Part shown: positions 13,506-27,897 of the stretch, one piece after another
How positions within the stretch are numbered: position 1 is the first letter of the stretch
Layout: each line of letters opens with the position of its first letter
NCBI GenBank assembly: GCA_012295275.1
Contig: CM022665.1
Coordinates: 40,982,001-41,046,000 of the forward strand
Reading direction: 5' to 3'
DNA: 64,000 nucleotides
Source: Chrysomallon squamiferum
Taxonomy: Eukaryota; Animalia; Mollusca
Made by a program: the position numbers and the translations under genes
Notes under the pieces: model-generated
Database searches by the model: none
Told to the model about the DNA's origin: nothing
The model's input: only the letters and a program-made list of their open reading frames with translations

Positions 13506-15326
13506 CTGCTTACTAAGCTTTGTATGAAATTGCATATCAGCCATTTTCATAGCAAGAAAATGTGTGAGAAAGTGATTTTCTGTCTGTCTGTCTGTTTGTG
13601 TTGTATTCTTATTTGATGGGTGGGGTGGCCCTGCAACCTAAGAAGAACTCCTAAAAGGGCCACTGCCAATAAAAAAAAAAAGAGAGAGAGAAAAAGGTTG
13701 AAAATGGCTGGTGTGCAGAAACGATCTGTCGGTGCTAATCAATAAGTAATACATAGTCATATCAGGTTTCCTCTCTAATATCATCATTACACAAAAAACA
13801 CATTTCCAACATCTAATCACCATTAACACTAATACATAATATTCAGTTGTCATTAAACAAATATTAAATCATTCATTGAAAATGCATTAGCTGTTGAAAT
13901 TGTCAGTCTGAAAGAATTATTTACTCTGCCTCTGCTAAAATGCCCATTAGTTAGTTAAACATAGCCTCCAGATAAACTTGTGTATTTTCCTTAATCTGAT
14001 CTCAATGTAAGAAAATGAAAATCTATAAAATCTGTTGATACGGAGAGATGGATAAAGAGAACATTTACACTTACACAGAGATAGAGCAAACACTGGTAGT
14101 GAGACAGACATATGTATGTGTGACTAGGCGTTAATGTAGATAATGGATGAGGTATTATCTCATACATTAATAATTATAGTAATAGTAATATTAAAATAGA
14201 AGATTTAAAAAAAAAAAAAAAATAGAGGGTAGTTATTGTTGTTCAAAGGTATTTGTGGAAAAAGTTTATTATAGGATTGGTAACATGTATTAGGATAAGT
14301 AATAATTATGTATGTATATATGTATATATATGTGGAGGGATGGATGCTTTTATATACCTATCTATTTAAGCAGATATCTATTTGTGTGCGTGTTAAAATT
14401 CTTTTAAAAGAAACTTAACATGTTCACATTATTTATAAAATATTTAAAATCAGTACATCAGTGAATTGTAAATATTAGCCAATTCTTTTAAAGACTTCTG
14501 CTGGTTATAACAGAAATCATTAAAATTCCATTCACACAGATTTTTTTTTCTCTTTTGTGGTTTCTTTTTCTTTCATCCAATTCATTTCAGTTGTCACAAT
14601 AAAGATCATATTAATACATATTTTGTTATGCAAAATAAAACAAGTAACCATAAGGTATACAGAAGCTGATACTAAATGTAAAGCAGAAGAAGTAATGTGT
14701 GAATGAATTATAAAAGTTATGTTGGTTGTTTGGCCCATGAATGAAATGTTGGTTTAATGAAACATGTTACATTATTAACAACTTTTTAAGTCTAAAAATC
14801 TACAGTTTATGAATAATGGCTATCTTATCAGAGAGATGAAATGAAATATCACCTCTCATGGGATATTCGAATGAACTACTAGAAAGAGTATATTTATATA
14901 AAGCTTTCTGAAAAAGATTAAAAAAAAATCCTATTGTGGTCTTATTGTCAACAATGAATTTGCAGATAACTCTATCATGTATATTCAGTTTATGAAAATG
15001 ATGACATCAGAAATAGGAAAGGAAAAGTTCACACTATTCATGGGATGTAGAAGTTAATTGCCAGAAATGGTTTATTCTGGTCATACAAAAATACATATCA
15101 CTTCTGTTAATACATGTAATTGGGTATAATAGAAAATGAGCTGGTTGTGACTCTAAACAGGATTGATCTAGTGAACCAGTGATCTTAAAACAAGACTTTT
15201 CAAAGGATTTTAATAATTATTAATTATTTTGTAATTTAATGAAGAAAACATCATTTTTATGTAAGTGTTTAGAGTTTAAACATGTCCAAATTTACGAATA
15301 TCTGTATATCATAATAAGCTTATTTA

Positions 15327-15362
<36 letters not shown>

Positions 15363-16130
15363 AATTTACAAAACTCACTTTTAGTAAGAAATTCATAGAC
15401 TAATTTTTCCTCTATCTGTGTACCACATGAAGCTTGTTTTCTTCTTTATCTTCCTTAATATCATTCTCCCTCTGCCAAAAAAAAAAAAAAAAAAAAAGAA
15501 ATTTCTGTAATAAATTTACCCATCTTAAAGATTTACTGTCTGACACTATCATCTAATGAAGTTAATTATTCGAATACTGACTGAAACATCTGAAGAAAAT
15601 GGCAACAAAAGATATTGGAAAATTTCGGTAAAACTCTTGCTTTCATTTCCACATCTAGGAAAAATGCTAATTTGTCAGTGAGAGGAAGCTGTTCTTTTGA
15701 TGTGCTCATTTGCTGGTTCAATTAGCTTGTTAGTTTTACTGTTTCGTGTCATCCAAATCTTCAAAAGATTTTCACTTTATCATTTCAGTATTTCTACATA
15801 TTTTCTGAAGAAAGATGGTCAGGAAAATGTTGCTGATAAAATTAGTTCAGGTTACATTACATACATATATTAAATTATTAGGTTACATTAAACGAATATT
15901 GCTAACTTGTATACATAACTTCAGATAACAATAAAATACTGTTGTCCTGTGTATACAATTTCAGGTTATATTAACTATATATAAATATATATGAATGTAT
16001 GAAAGATTATTTTGCTTAATATAATTTCAACAATGGGTTAGTCCTTAATCCTGATTGGTTAGTGAAATTTAGAAACCCACTCTAGTCTGATGACTGGCAA
16101 ATTTCTGAACAATTTTTAATACTTGGATCA

Positions 16131-16345
16131 ATACATTTTATTACTGGAGATAATTAGGTGTCAGACATATTGGTTTTGTCCAGTGGTGTTGTGAGAAGAG
16201 AGGAAACCCACTGTTATGCATACTTGTACTGACTAGCAGCAAAGAATCTTTTATGTTGCACTATCCCATAGACAGGAAAATTCATACAAAGACTTTGATA
16301 AACCATTTGTTAAGTCTGGGTGGAATATGAAAAGATCCAATGACC
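16131..16345 (-). mobile_element. Decayed SINE
   Basis: gtgtcagacatattggtt...gagaggaaacccactg...tagcagcaaagaatcttttatgttgcactatcccatagacagga...ctttgataaacca is the reverse-strand core plus tail. Confidence 0.75.
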
Positions 16346-17039
16346 ACTGTCTGTTTGTTTGTTTTGTTTTGTGTTTTCAATTTCATTTTTTTTTTTTTTT
16401 TTTAATAAATTAATTAATTAATTTATTTATTTTGTAATTCCTTTGTAATGTTGTATTCTAAGCAAAAATTAGACTAACGATAGCAAATATTAAAAGATAA
16501 TGAAAATCATTCTGACCAACAAAGGAATATTTAATTAATGGGGAATAAATATTTCTGCAGTAGTTGAATATATGTGAATGTTGATTGTTGAGTGTGTGTG
16601 TGTGTGTGCATGTGTGTGTGTATGCATGTGTGTGTGTTAGTACGTAAGTGAGTTAGTGAGAATAAAGAAGTAAATGGAAAGCCTAACATAAAGAAACTCA
16701 CTCATATACAACCACAGTCACTGATTCCCACAGTTATCAACAGTAATCTCCATTACTAAAAAAACACACAAAAAACCAACAAAAACTCCTAAACAGAATA
16801 ATTAATTTTAATTATTGAAATCATTGCTTCTGACAAATTCTCAGATGGGAAATAAACAGTTCAAAATTTGTCATTACAAAGAAAAAAAATAATAACAACA
16901 AAGCAAATTGAAGCAGTAATAAAGTTAAGTAAAAGTTTTATAAATGTCAAAGTGACAGCCATTATGATTAATGACATCACATGAGAGAGTTAATAAAAAG
17001 AAAAAAAAAAGAAAATGCACAAGACTAATGGATAAACTG

Positions 17040-17185
17040 TAATGCAGTGGTTAGAATGTATGGCATGACACATGATATGTTGTGTGTTCAAATCTACTCA
17101 TGTGCCCTTTGGGCTTTCTTTCTCATCTTGTATCTAGTTTATCTATATAAAAGATGATTTATCTAACAGATATTTTGCTGCACAT
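17040..17185 (+). mobile_element. Decayed SINE head with internal deletion
   Basis: gcagtggttagaatg (A-box-like), gttcaaatc (B-box-like), tgggctttctttctc, then atataaaagat. Confidence 0.5.
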
Positions 17186-18292
17186 TCTGATAGGTGGGAA
17201 ACTTAATACACCGTTGTCTTTGATAAAATACTCATGAGCCCCTGGCTGGAACTGGAGAAAAATATGTTTTAAAACAGAAATTCAATTGAGAGATGGAAAG
17301 ATATATGTAAAAAATTTATAAAAGTATAATGAAAAATCTGCAGGAAAATAAACAATATAAATTATGTTTCTTAATTTTATATTATTTTTGAATTTTTTTT
17401 TAGGAAAACTGCTTATTCTGGTTGGTTTTTTTTTAATTTTGTTTAATATAAAATATATATATATATTTTTTATTATTATTTTTTTTTTTTTTGAAAAGTC
17501 AGTTTTAATTCAAATCAAGTTATTCAATACCCACAATTCCGTGTAGAATATCATTACATTTTGTTTTGTTGATTTTTATTGGTCAGTGCTTTCCACTGTG
17601 GTTTAAATGCAGGTCTCATCTGGTATCTTTCACTTCCAGCTGTAGAGTGGAATCGACTCTTAAAAATATCGAGAGAAAAGCATGTCTACAAAATGTCAAA
17701 TGAAATTTACACCAAATCAACCTTTCCTGACATCTGTGTGTTTTTTAAATTTACTTAATTTGAACTTCAGAAGTTTGACTCACTCACTGGAGTATATTGA
17801 TCTGGCAAATCAAATTGTCAGACATTTTGGTTTAAACTTTTTTGTAATTAAATTTTAATTTCTTGTACAGAGCTTGGATGTGGAAATGTGAAACAGAAGA
17901 AATCTCGTACGTCTAATAACAGTGTTGTATGTCACATTCTGTCATTTGCTTCTGAGACCTATACTCCAAAAAAACAACAACGAAAACAATTGGTTAAAAT
18001 ATTTATAAACTGAGTTGTACAGAAAAATCTATTGTTATGTGATATATGTGGCATCGGTGCTTTGAATTTGCTTAAAAGAGTGAAGTTATATTTTTTCTTT
18101 GATAGTTAAGTGTTAGTTAAAATGACTTAATTCTGACTTCACATTTTCACTTAATGAGTCTGTGTGTGTGTGTGTGTGTGTTTGTGTGTGTGAAATTTAT
18201 TGCTAATTTTCTTATTATTATTTATAACCTCAAAAAATTATGTATTAGAAATTCAGTTTATTTATTATATTACTATTATTTATATTTTAATA

Positions 18293-18332
<40 letters not shown>

Positions 18333-18684
18333 CCACATTAACAAAAATAATTGAAGTTTTATCAGAATTTTTTTATCTTTTGGTATATGTAAATTTTAAC
18401 TTTTTAAGATCATTTTTTTAATTATTGCTATTTCTTTCATTTGTTTTACAAAATTATTTAAAATTTTCTTTAAAATATTGGACTAATTTTCTTTCTCTTA
18501 CACTTATACATACAGAATGATAAATAACAAAATATATCTTCAAGTATTTTCAGAAACAATGTAAGTTTTCAATATATTTTTTTCACTTACAAATTAACAG
18601 ATATATCTAATTTTATATTCATGTAATATGACATAAAATCTAGTATCTTGCATTATATAGGTAATTTATGACATCTGTTTACAT

Positions 18685-19155
18685 TTCCAACAAAATAAAT
18701 TTTCAATTTAATGTAATATATATTTCTTTTAAGTTCCATGTTAATGGCTGTCTAATGGAATTTCACAATTACACAATATGAAATAAGTTCGTAATCTAAA
18801 TTGCTAATAAAATGCTCTCCATCATTTACTTAATCTATGATTTATTTTAACTAAGTTACCTTCCAACAAAATAAATTCAATTTTTTAATTATTATTTTTT
18901 TTCAATTCCGTGTTATAGCTGTCTTTAATCACAGAATATAAGATAAATATTGCCAGTAACATGCCCTCCATCATCCACTTAATCTATCATTTATATTACC
19001 TATGTTACCTTAAGTTCGTTTCAAACAAAATAAATTAAATTTTTTGTTTTTTCAATTCCATGTTAATAGCTTTCCAATGTTATTTTATAACATAAAATCT
19101 GATAACATACTGCTAGTAGCATGCCCTCCACCAACTATTTAATCTGTGATTTCAG
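18685..19155. repeat. Three diverged ~160-175 bp tandem copies
   Basis: ttcMaacaaaataaatt...ttccRtgtta...atgcYctccaYca...taatctRtSattt starts near 18685, 18861 and 19020. Confidence 0.85.
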
Positions 19156-19436
19156 TTTACATTCTGATCATCAAAAAGATCTATTATACCACACACACAG
19201 TGTACATTTGTGACACTTTCGCAATCACCTAAATCTATTTGCCTCTCTTGATTTTATTACTCCTTCACAAATGTGGATGCTTACTGTTGAGGACATGGAC
19301 ACATTACACTCTGAAGCATGGAATTATGGGATTAAGGATTTGCTTTCAAAACCAGACTCATTTTACAGAAGTGCTTCAAAAGTCATTCGACTGTCGCTAA
19401 TACGGATACCCAAATAATTCAGTCTGTATTAAATAT

Positions 19437-19955
19437 GGAACAGTAATACCGTAAGCTTAAAGTAATTGAAATCACAAAGCTTAAAGGAATAGAGTAATTG
19501 AAATCATAAAACTTAAAGGAATACAGGAATTACAATAATAAAGCTGAAAGGAATAGAGGAACTGCAATAGAACAGTAGCACCATAAGCTTAAAGTAATTG
19601 AAATCACAAAGCTTAAAGGAATAGAGTAATTGAAATCATAAAACTTAAAGGAATACAGGAATTACAATAATAAAGCTGAAAGGAATAGAGGAACTGCAAA
19701 GAACAGAACAATGGCACCATAAGCTTAAAGTAATTGAAATCATAAAGCTTAATGGAATAGTGCAAATATTAATCTTAAAACTTAAAGGAATAGAGAACTG
19801 TAACAACAAAGCTTAATAGAATGGAGTAACTGTAATAATAAAGCTTAAAGGAATAGAGGAACTGTAATAATAAACCTTAGAAGAATAGAATATAATTGTA
19901 ACAGTGGAGCTTAAAGAAACAGAGTGATTGTAATTGTAAAGTTTAAAGAAGTAGT
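19437..19955. repeat. 32-bp minisatellite with a ~132-136 bp higher-order repeat
   Basis: Monomer aaagcttaaaggaatagagtaattgaaatcat. The block taagcttaaagtaattgaaatca recurs at 19452, 19584 and 19720. Confidence 0.93.
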
Positions 19956-20118
19956 CACTGCAATATCACACAGCTTATGCAATATTCTTTTTCAAATTAG
20001 GAACCAGATATCACTTAGATTCACTTTCCTGTAGACTGATAGATGTTTGAGAAACACAGATCTCGTGACCCATTGCATCTTGCATATGCAGTCTTTAAAA
20101 TAATAAATTTGTAATAAG

Positions 20119-20210
20119 AGGACTTGGTGCAGTGGCTAAATATGAGATTTAAACTGGAATGTCCTGGGATCAGATCCTGGTATTGATGTCAGGACTAATT
20201 TGGGATGCCA
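20119..20210 (+). mobile_element. tRNA-like SINE head, decayed
   Basis: ggtgcagtggctaa (A-box-like) and gggatcagatcc (B-box-like) at roughly tRNA spacing, without an intact cloverleaf. Confidence 0.45.
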
Positions 20211-22353
20211 AAAAAAACCAAGATACCATCAGTTTTATATAACTTATGTTCTAGAAAACCGAGACTAAAAGGTTGTTTTTTTGTATCGCAAATAGTATTT
20301 TTTATTTGGTATAATTGTCTATAGCCAAATGGTAAAAAATAAATCCCTACTGGATTTCATGTCCTAGATAAACTTACTTAGATTATCATTAGATATGAGC
20401 TTATGTCATACAGTTAAGTGATGAATGATGCACTGTCACACAGATGAATAGAAACTGAATCATCTGGGAAAATTCAGTTTATTAATCTGTGATGTTTTTT
20501 ATTCCATAAATCGATTATTAATATGGATACTGAGATCTGTAGCTCAAATTCTTGCACCAGACAGGAAAAGTTTTATTGTCCATTTAATTGCTTATTTTGA
20601 TTTTGTTTTATTTTCAAACTGCTATGAGTTGAGCCCAAGTCGTGAGTCTGCATGTAATCAAGAGATTACAGAAGTCTTTCAATATTGAAATATGTTTTTA
20701 CACAGTTGGCTTAGATTTTGTATGCTAATGACAGACAGACAGACAGAAAGTAGACCAGGTTATTACCTAACCAGACTTTTAAATGTCTTGTATGACAAAC
20801 CTGTGACTAGTCAAATGATCTGGGAATTAAGTTCAGTCTTCAGACCTTTTGCAGAAAACATTGTGCTCTGATTTTTATTGAAAATGTAATAGAAAATCTT
20901 CACTTTGGATTTTTGTAATTAACAGTCAGACTGTTTGCAGGAACATACCATTTCATTTCTGTTAAAAATAAAACTCAAATAAGGATAAAAAAAAGTTTAG
21001 GATTTATTTTTAATAATACATTTTTTAATTCTGGAAGTGTCTAGGGCTAATGTTTTGTCTAGCAAAATGCCACTTAATGACTGCATTACACATAAAATTC
21101 TGTCAGATGTAAACTTATGATTTCATCAATTAACTCAGTGGAGAATGTCAGTAAAAAACGAATTTTTATAAATGACGCCAGAATTTCTGAAAAGTAATAT
21201 GAGCCAAACACACCAAGTATGACACTTCTAGGGTTAAAATTCCACCATTTTAAAATGCAGCTTGGTTTCTGTTTCAATAAATTATAATGAAATAATTTTG
21301 GATTTTAAATAAGGTGATTATAAAGATTTTAGTTAAATTAAATAATTTTAACTATGTACTTTTATACTGGCGACTGAAAGTATACGCAATCAATTCTTGT
21401 CGTAATTTATTAAATAAATCAGACACATTCAATTTATTTTTGTATCTTTTATTCATTTTATAGATTTTATTTCATTTTAAGTAATATATTTCTAATTCAA
21501 ATATTCTAACATTATCTGATTGTGACTGAGTTATGGAAATTTGGAATGATCTTCATCTTGCTGTGAATATCTACCATCCTTTGCCTTAAATTCAAGAGTT
21601 AGAACATAAACAATTACTGAGTTTATTTGTAAACAAAATATGTTCAGTAAAACTTGTAATGTACAAATTAAATTATGTGATGCAATATGTAAACAAAAAA
21701 CAACAACAAAATAATAATCTAAAAAAAAAGAAATTGCAAATAAAATGGCAAACTGGTTTTCAATAAAACTATTAATAAATATAGCCTATCTATAAGATAT
21801 ACATTGTGATTCTTTACATTTAAGTGAAAATAAACAAATAAATAAATAAAGATTCTGACTATATTGGGTAATGGATTGTTAATGTCCATCTCTTAATCAA
21901 ATCTGTTCACAATCATAAATCCTTCAAATTTAAAATTTATGATTCAAGCAAGTGATTTTGGACATCAGTATTATCTTTTAATCACAATATCTGCTAGTTT
22001 AAATATGCAAATCATCCATTATCTATTACATTGTTTTTTTGTAAGCTTTTTGGTACATGCATTAACCATTAAGCAAATGTATAATGTATTCGATTTTTTT
22101 TAAAGATTTAAAATGTAATTCATTCCTCGGTCAAACGTGAAAAACTGACATTCACCATCTGTAGACCTACAGAACTGCATGTTTAACTGAAACTTGGATG
22201 ATTTATTTTCCATTAACTCATTCAAACTTTAAAGATGTAAATTCATATATAATATTGCTAAACATTTTAATAAACATTAATGATTATTTTTATTTGTAGA
22301 GAAACTTTTCAATTTTAAACATTGACAGGTCAACCATTTTGCACTTAAAATTG

Positions 22354-22403
<50 letters not shown>

Positions 22404-22688
22404 TAAAGAGATGCTCCACGTTCCATATGGATTCAGGAGATTTCATCATCATTTTGAATTACTAAGTTTTTTCAGGTATTGACTCGGATTGTTTAACACA
22501 GATCAATTTTACTAGATTTTTCAATTTACACTAACATTCTTATAGATCAGAACTGCTAGATCTCTTATTTTTAAAACACCGGAAGTTTAACATGGCATTT
22601 CTTCTTTTATATGAATCATTACATCATAGAAGTATTTTTGAGTATACATGCACCTATATACCACAGAAATATTACACAATGGTAATGG

Positions 22689-22721
<33 letters not shown>

Positions 22722-24598
22722 ATACAAATAAAAGAATCCTTTCAAAAGATTAAACTGTGCCTGTCTGGGATTTTGTTTTTGTTTTATAGACTTCTGATGG
22801 TAAGAAAAGGAGTAAACCTGATTTGTGTTCGATATCAGACCAACACAGGTTGATGAAAATCATTCTAGAGGTTTTTTTTAAATGAAGTATCCTATTTCAG
22901 TAAGCAAGATTGCAAACTGTCAACACTGATTAACACTAGACAAGGTACAGACATTTTTACAGGGGATTGATTCTTACTAAATATTTACCATAATCAAAAC
23001 GTACAAAACATTGAGACTAAGGAGTAGGTGTAACTCAGCCTTTGATGAATAGGCCTGTGATTTATATATTATACATATTTTTTTACAGAACTAACAGATA
23101 ATTGTTTCATGTACTTATTGGCACTAAAAAAAAAAAAAAAATGAAAAATGAAATGAAAATAGTCGTGAGCAGGATTCCAGAGTCTGAGTGCAGTTTGTTG
23201 TCTGTTTTTCTTAAATTCCAGTTACAGTCCAAGTACACCTTTAGTTCACAGATTTTTTTTTTTTTTTTTATTATTAAGATATTCACAATGAACTTTATTT
23301 TTGTATCAAAATCTGTACCCCCTGCAGAGACTTATAACAATTACACTTTCTCTTGCTTCGTTTTTTTTTTGTTTCATATTTCCTTTCTTTCTTCCACAAT
23401 AAATATATTTTCTTAGTCATTTCCTTTTTATTATTATAAATACATTCGCACTCGTTGCTCCCATTGTAATCTGCAACTACATCACACAAACTCCAATCAC
23501 TTCAACATCACAGTTTTATTGTGCAGATTATCATCATCATTATCATCACCATCATCATCATCATCATCGGCTCTTAAAAGAATTAGAAATATTAATGATG
23601 GATAATACAGGAAATTGATTTCACATTTTTTTTTCTTTTCTATTGTATATCTAGTCGAGGAGGTCTGGGTTCTTGCAGGAAATAAATGGCTGTTTAAAGA
23701 TAATTGATTTTTTGATCAAATCATTTGATGTACTGTGTATCTCTCTGCCAGGTTAATTGTCAAATGTGAATGGACGTTAGATGGATACTGAGCGTGAAAA
23801 GCGGTATCAGATATTAATCCGGAAAACCATTTAGATAAGTACTGATACTGGTTATTATTGTTCACGGTTGTCTTTAACGATGCAGATTAACCAGAATGGT
23901 CAACCGTAATGTGCTTTCTCACCTCAGTTAATCAGTGCATTTGTCGGTATTAAACTCTATATATGGTCATGTACATGCTAATATGCCCGTTTTTAAACTT
24001 TTAGTGCTATCTCCCCGCATTCGTCATTATTGTCAATTTGTATAAATCTGTTAAAACTCTTTGTTGAAGTTGATACATGAAAAGTGTTAATTTAAGTAAC
24101 AGCTCCCATATGTGTTGTTATTTGCATAATTTGTGAAAACTCCTTGTTTGCATTAACATCTATGGATATTAAATTTAACTAGCAGCTCCAACCAACATGT
24201 GTGATTATTACCTGATTGTTGCTTTTAAACACTTAACTCCCATTTTCATGTAAATTGAGATCTGTGAGTGTTTATTCAAAATGCCAGTCCCTTATGCATT
24301 ATTAATAGTTACCAGTAGCTTCAAAAAGGTATATAAATTCCAATGTAGTAGAGAACATTTTTATGAATATTAATTTTAACTTATAACACTCATGTGTATC
24401 TGTATTACATGGTTGTCGCTTTTGAAGTTTTAACTTCTGTGTACATACAAATTAAGATCTGTGTTCACACACACACACACATGCATATATAACTACATGC
24501 ACTTAACCTAACATCATTAAAAACAAGATCATCTAAAAAAAAAAAATAATCAGGTCATTTAAAAATAAAAAAGACAATAATTTCCTAAGAAAACATCT

Positions 24599-24630
<32 letters not shown>

Positions 24631-26032
24631 CTGTCAGAAGTTATGTCTGGTTTTTGTTTCACCTGTAGAAATGTATAACACATAGTAGTGGCAGTGAGTA
24701 ATATATAGTGTCTTGTCAAACATGATTTTTTTTTTTTTTTTTTTTTTTTTTAAATGTCCACCATTTCTGTACTGCATGGTGTCAGGTGGTGTGGTTTGTT
24801 TTTAATGATGTTGATGTTCAGATCAAGAGCTCATTTAATATCAATGATTTTACACATCACGTTTGCAGAAGAGAATAACAATTACATATATCACAGCTTG
24901 TGAAAATGTATTTGTTGTTTTGGTTTTTTTAGATGAACAAGCAAAATGTAAAAAATAAAAAATGAAAAACAAAATAAAAAATGAAAAAAAAATGAAAAAT
25001 TGTTATAAGCAATAGTGTTTTACTTATAATTTAATAACTTAAATATGATTTTATATCATCCAAATAGTAAAAATCACCATAATAATAACAACAGCAACAA
25101 CATCAACAACAACAAGTAAAAGTAATAATAATTATAATAATAAAATAATAAGTAAATAAATATTAAACAATAGCAAAAAGAACCAAGAAAACAGTAAAAT
25201 GTACATAAATATTTTAATATTTAAATCATTAATACATCAGTCTTTTGTGTTTACCAGTTTAGACAACTACAGACTGAAATGTTCATGTGGCTTTTAGTTA
25301 AAAACATAAATAAACTTAATTATGTATTCTAATATTTATGTTTATGGTTTTGCTATTAGCAACAGCTATAAATTATACATAAATATTTTATTAAATTTCT
25401 GAACTGACATGTGAAAGATATAAATTACTGCAAGATTCAGAAAATTGTGTTAATGTGTGGTTTTTTTGTGTTGTTTTTTCTATAAAACAAGACCACTACA
25501 ACATATTGTCAATTCTTATTTTTTTTTTTTTTTTTTTTTTTTGTCACTTCTATTTAAACTATAATAAAAACCTTTTAAATTACTTTTTTTTCCATTTTTC
25601 TTTTTCACTTCTGTTTTAATCAATCTTTTGATCGACTAGTGCCATTCCATCAGTTTTTGTTCTGAAAACACTTTATCATTTAAAACTCCAAATTGGTTAA
25701 ATGTGGTTGGGAAAAAAATAACCAAACCCACACACTCACACGTACAAAAATAATAATAATAATGATAATAAAAAATAATTATTTAGTCATAATAAATAAT
25801 TAATTACTGGCCAGCTCTGTTCCATTTGTGAGTCCTAGAACAAAGAGACACCATTGACAATGCACCAGTGTTAAAAACACCACATTTAAAACAAACAATC
25901 AGTGAGAATTGGTCTCTCTGATAAATAGAACTCTATATTCCTGATGTCCATCACGTATCATGAACTGTTTTATTTAAGTAATTCACTGGCAAAAATAGAT
26001 GATAATGTTTCAGCCTAAAATGTGTCTCTTTT

Positions 26033-26065
<33 letters not shown>

Positions 26066-26369
26066 ATGAAGAAAAAACTGTATCACGTAAGGTATCCAAA
26101 TTACTTTTTTCAGATCACTGCATTTAGATCAGATATTTGAATCCATCACTTGATTGCAAGATCTAATAATTAGTTACATGGTGCAAATGAACATTGTAAT
26201 CAGAGCCTTACTATGATCAAGAGGTTACAGGAATAATATGGCTATATTAATTAGATGATTAAAGAGATCACAGAGAACAGTAGAGCATTTTGATGGTTAA
26301 ATAATTCAGAATGCACCCATGTTGACCATATGAATACAAAAACAAGATGGTTACAGAAACCAAACAGTT

Positions 26370-26932
26370 CGATAGATAGGTTATGTACTCCAGATAGTTA
26401 CAAACCAGATAGTAACATAGACCAGTCATATACTTATACCAGACAGTTACATAGGCCAGATAGTTACACATATCTAATAATTACAGAGACCAGACATTTA
26501 CAAAAACCAGACAGTTAGACAGATCAATTACATAGACCACATTTCAGCATAAATCAGGCAATAACACAGACAAGATAGATACATAGACCAAAGTTACACA
26601 GACGAGACAGTTACACAGAACAGACAATTAGATAGACCAGACAACTACTCAGGTCAGACAGTTACATAAGACCAAACAGTTGCATAAATCAGATAGTTAC
26701 ACAGACCAGAAAATTACACAAGTCAGAGAGTTACGTAAATCACTTAGATACCAAACATTACATAAACCAGACAGTTACACAGGCCAGATTGTTACATATG
26801 TAAAGTTCATTAGATACCAAACAGTTACATGAACCAGATTGTTACATATACCAGACAGTTACACGGGTCAGATTGTTACATATGCCAGACAGTTATACGG
26901 GCAAGATTGTTACATATACCAGACAGTTACAT
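26370..26932. repeat. 17-bp degenerate minisatellite
   Basis: Consensus approximately ccagacagttacaYaKa, repeated over about 560 bp. Confidence 0.92.
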
Positions 26933-27313
26933 CAAGCAGATGCACACTGAGGTGGATCAGTTGTCAAAGAAGCTTGTGAATGAAGTGAATAATCATCAGA
27001 TGATAATTACTGACATGTGTGTGACATGTATTTTAACTACCAGGTTCAGTACACCACCACTTCAATTATAGACACTTTTCTCATACTAATTCTATCTCTC
27101 TAATACCTTTTTGATTACTTTCTTGTCACTGGAAACAGCTGAGCCATAAATCTCCACAGAGGCTTTCAAATGGAGCATTGGTCTCAGTACACAGATGACA
27201 TCTTGCTATGCTGTCAAATAACAGTTGAGTTGTTTCAATTAATGACATATGAAGACTAGTTCCTAAGTATGAGATTCCGATGAATTTTGATATTTGGTGT
27301 AAAGTATAGTGAA

Positions 27314-27615
27314 ATGATGATGATGATGATGTTCATGATATTGATGATGTTGATGATGATGATGATACTGATGATGATCTTAATGATAACAATGATGATG
27401 ATGTTGATGAAACAATGATGATGTTAATGATAAAGATGATGATATTAATGATACTGATGATGATATTAATGATACTGATGATGATGTTAATGATATTGAT
27501 GATGATGGTGGTGATGATGATAATTATAATAAAAATAATCAAGATAAACAACAACAAGATGATAATGAAAAAGAAGAACAATAACAGCAATCATAATGAT
27601 AATAGTAATCATAAC
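27314..27615. repeat. Degenerate (GAT/AAT)n trinucleotide tract
   Basis: Read directly; it explains the poly-M and poly-I ORFs at 27333 and 27415. Confidence 0.9.
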
Positions 27616-27897
27616 ATTCAAAATAATTCCAGTTATAAAGAAATGATAAATCTCTTCATTTATTTTTTATTTTTTTTAATTGTTGTTTATTCTTTTATCT
27701 GTTTATTTCAGATTCTGATAAAATGATAGTAAATTTATTTTTGGTATACTGTAACTGAAATAAAACAACCATTTTTTTTGCCTTTCTGTAATAAAAATCA
27801 TTAAAGGCAAGAGGACATTGAGTTACTATTTTGGTTTATTACACATCATTTCTTGTCTTAGGTTATAAGGAATGGTTAGTTCTTCTTGATAAACCCT

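Noticed and set aside
20119-20210. Functional tRNA gene
   Set aside because: Only degenerate A/B-box-like motifs are present and no cloverleaf; it is better explained as a SINE head.
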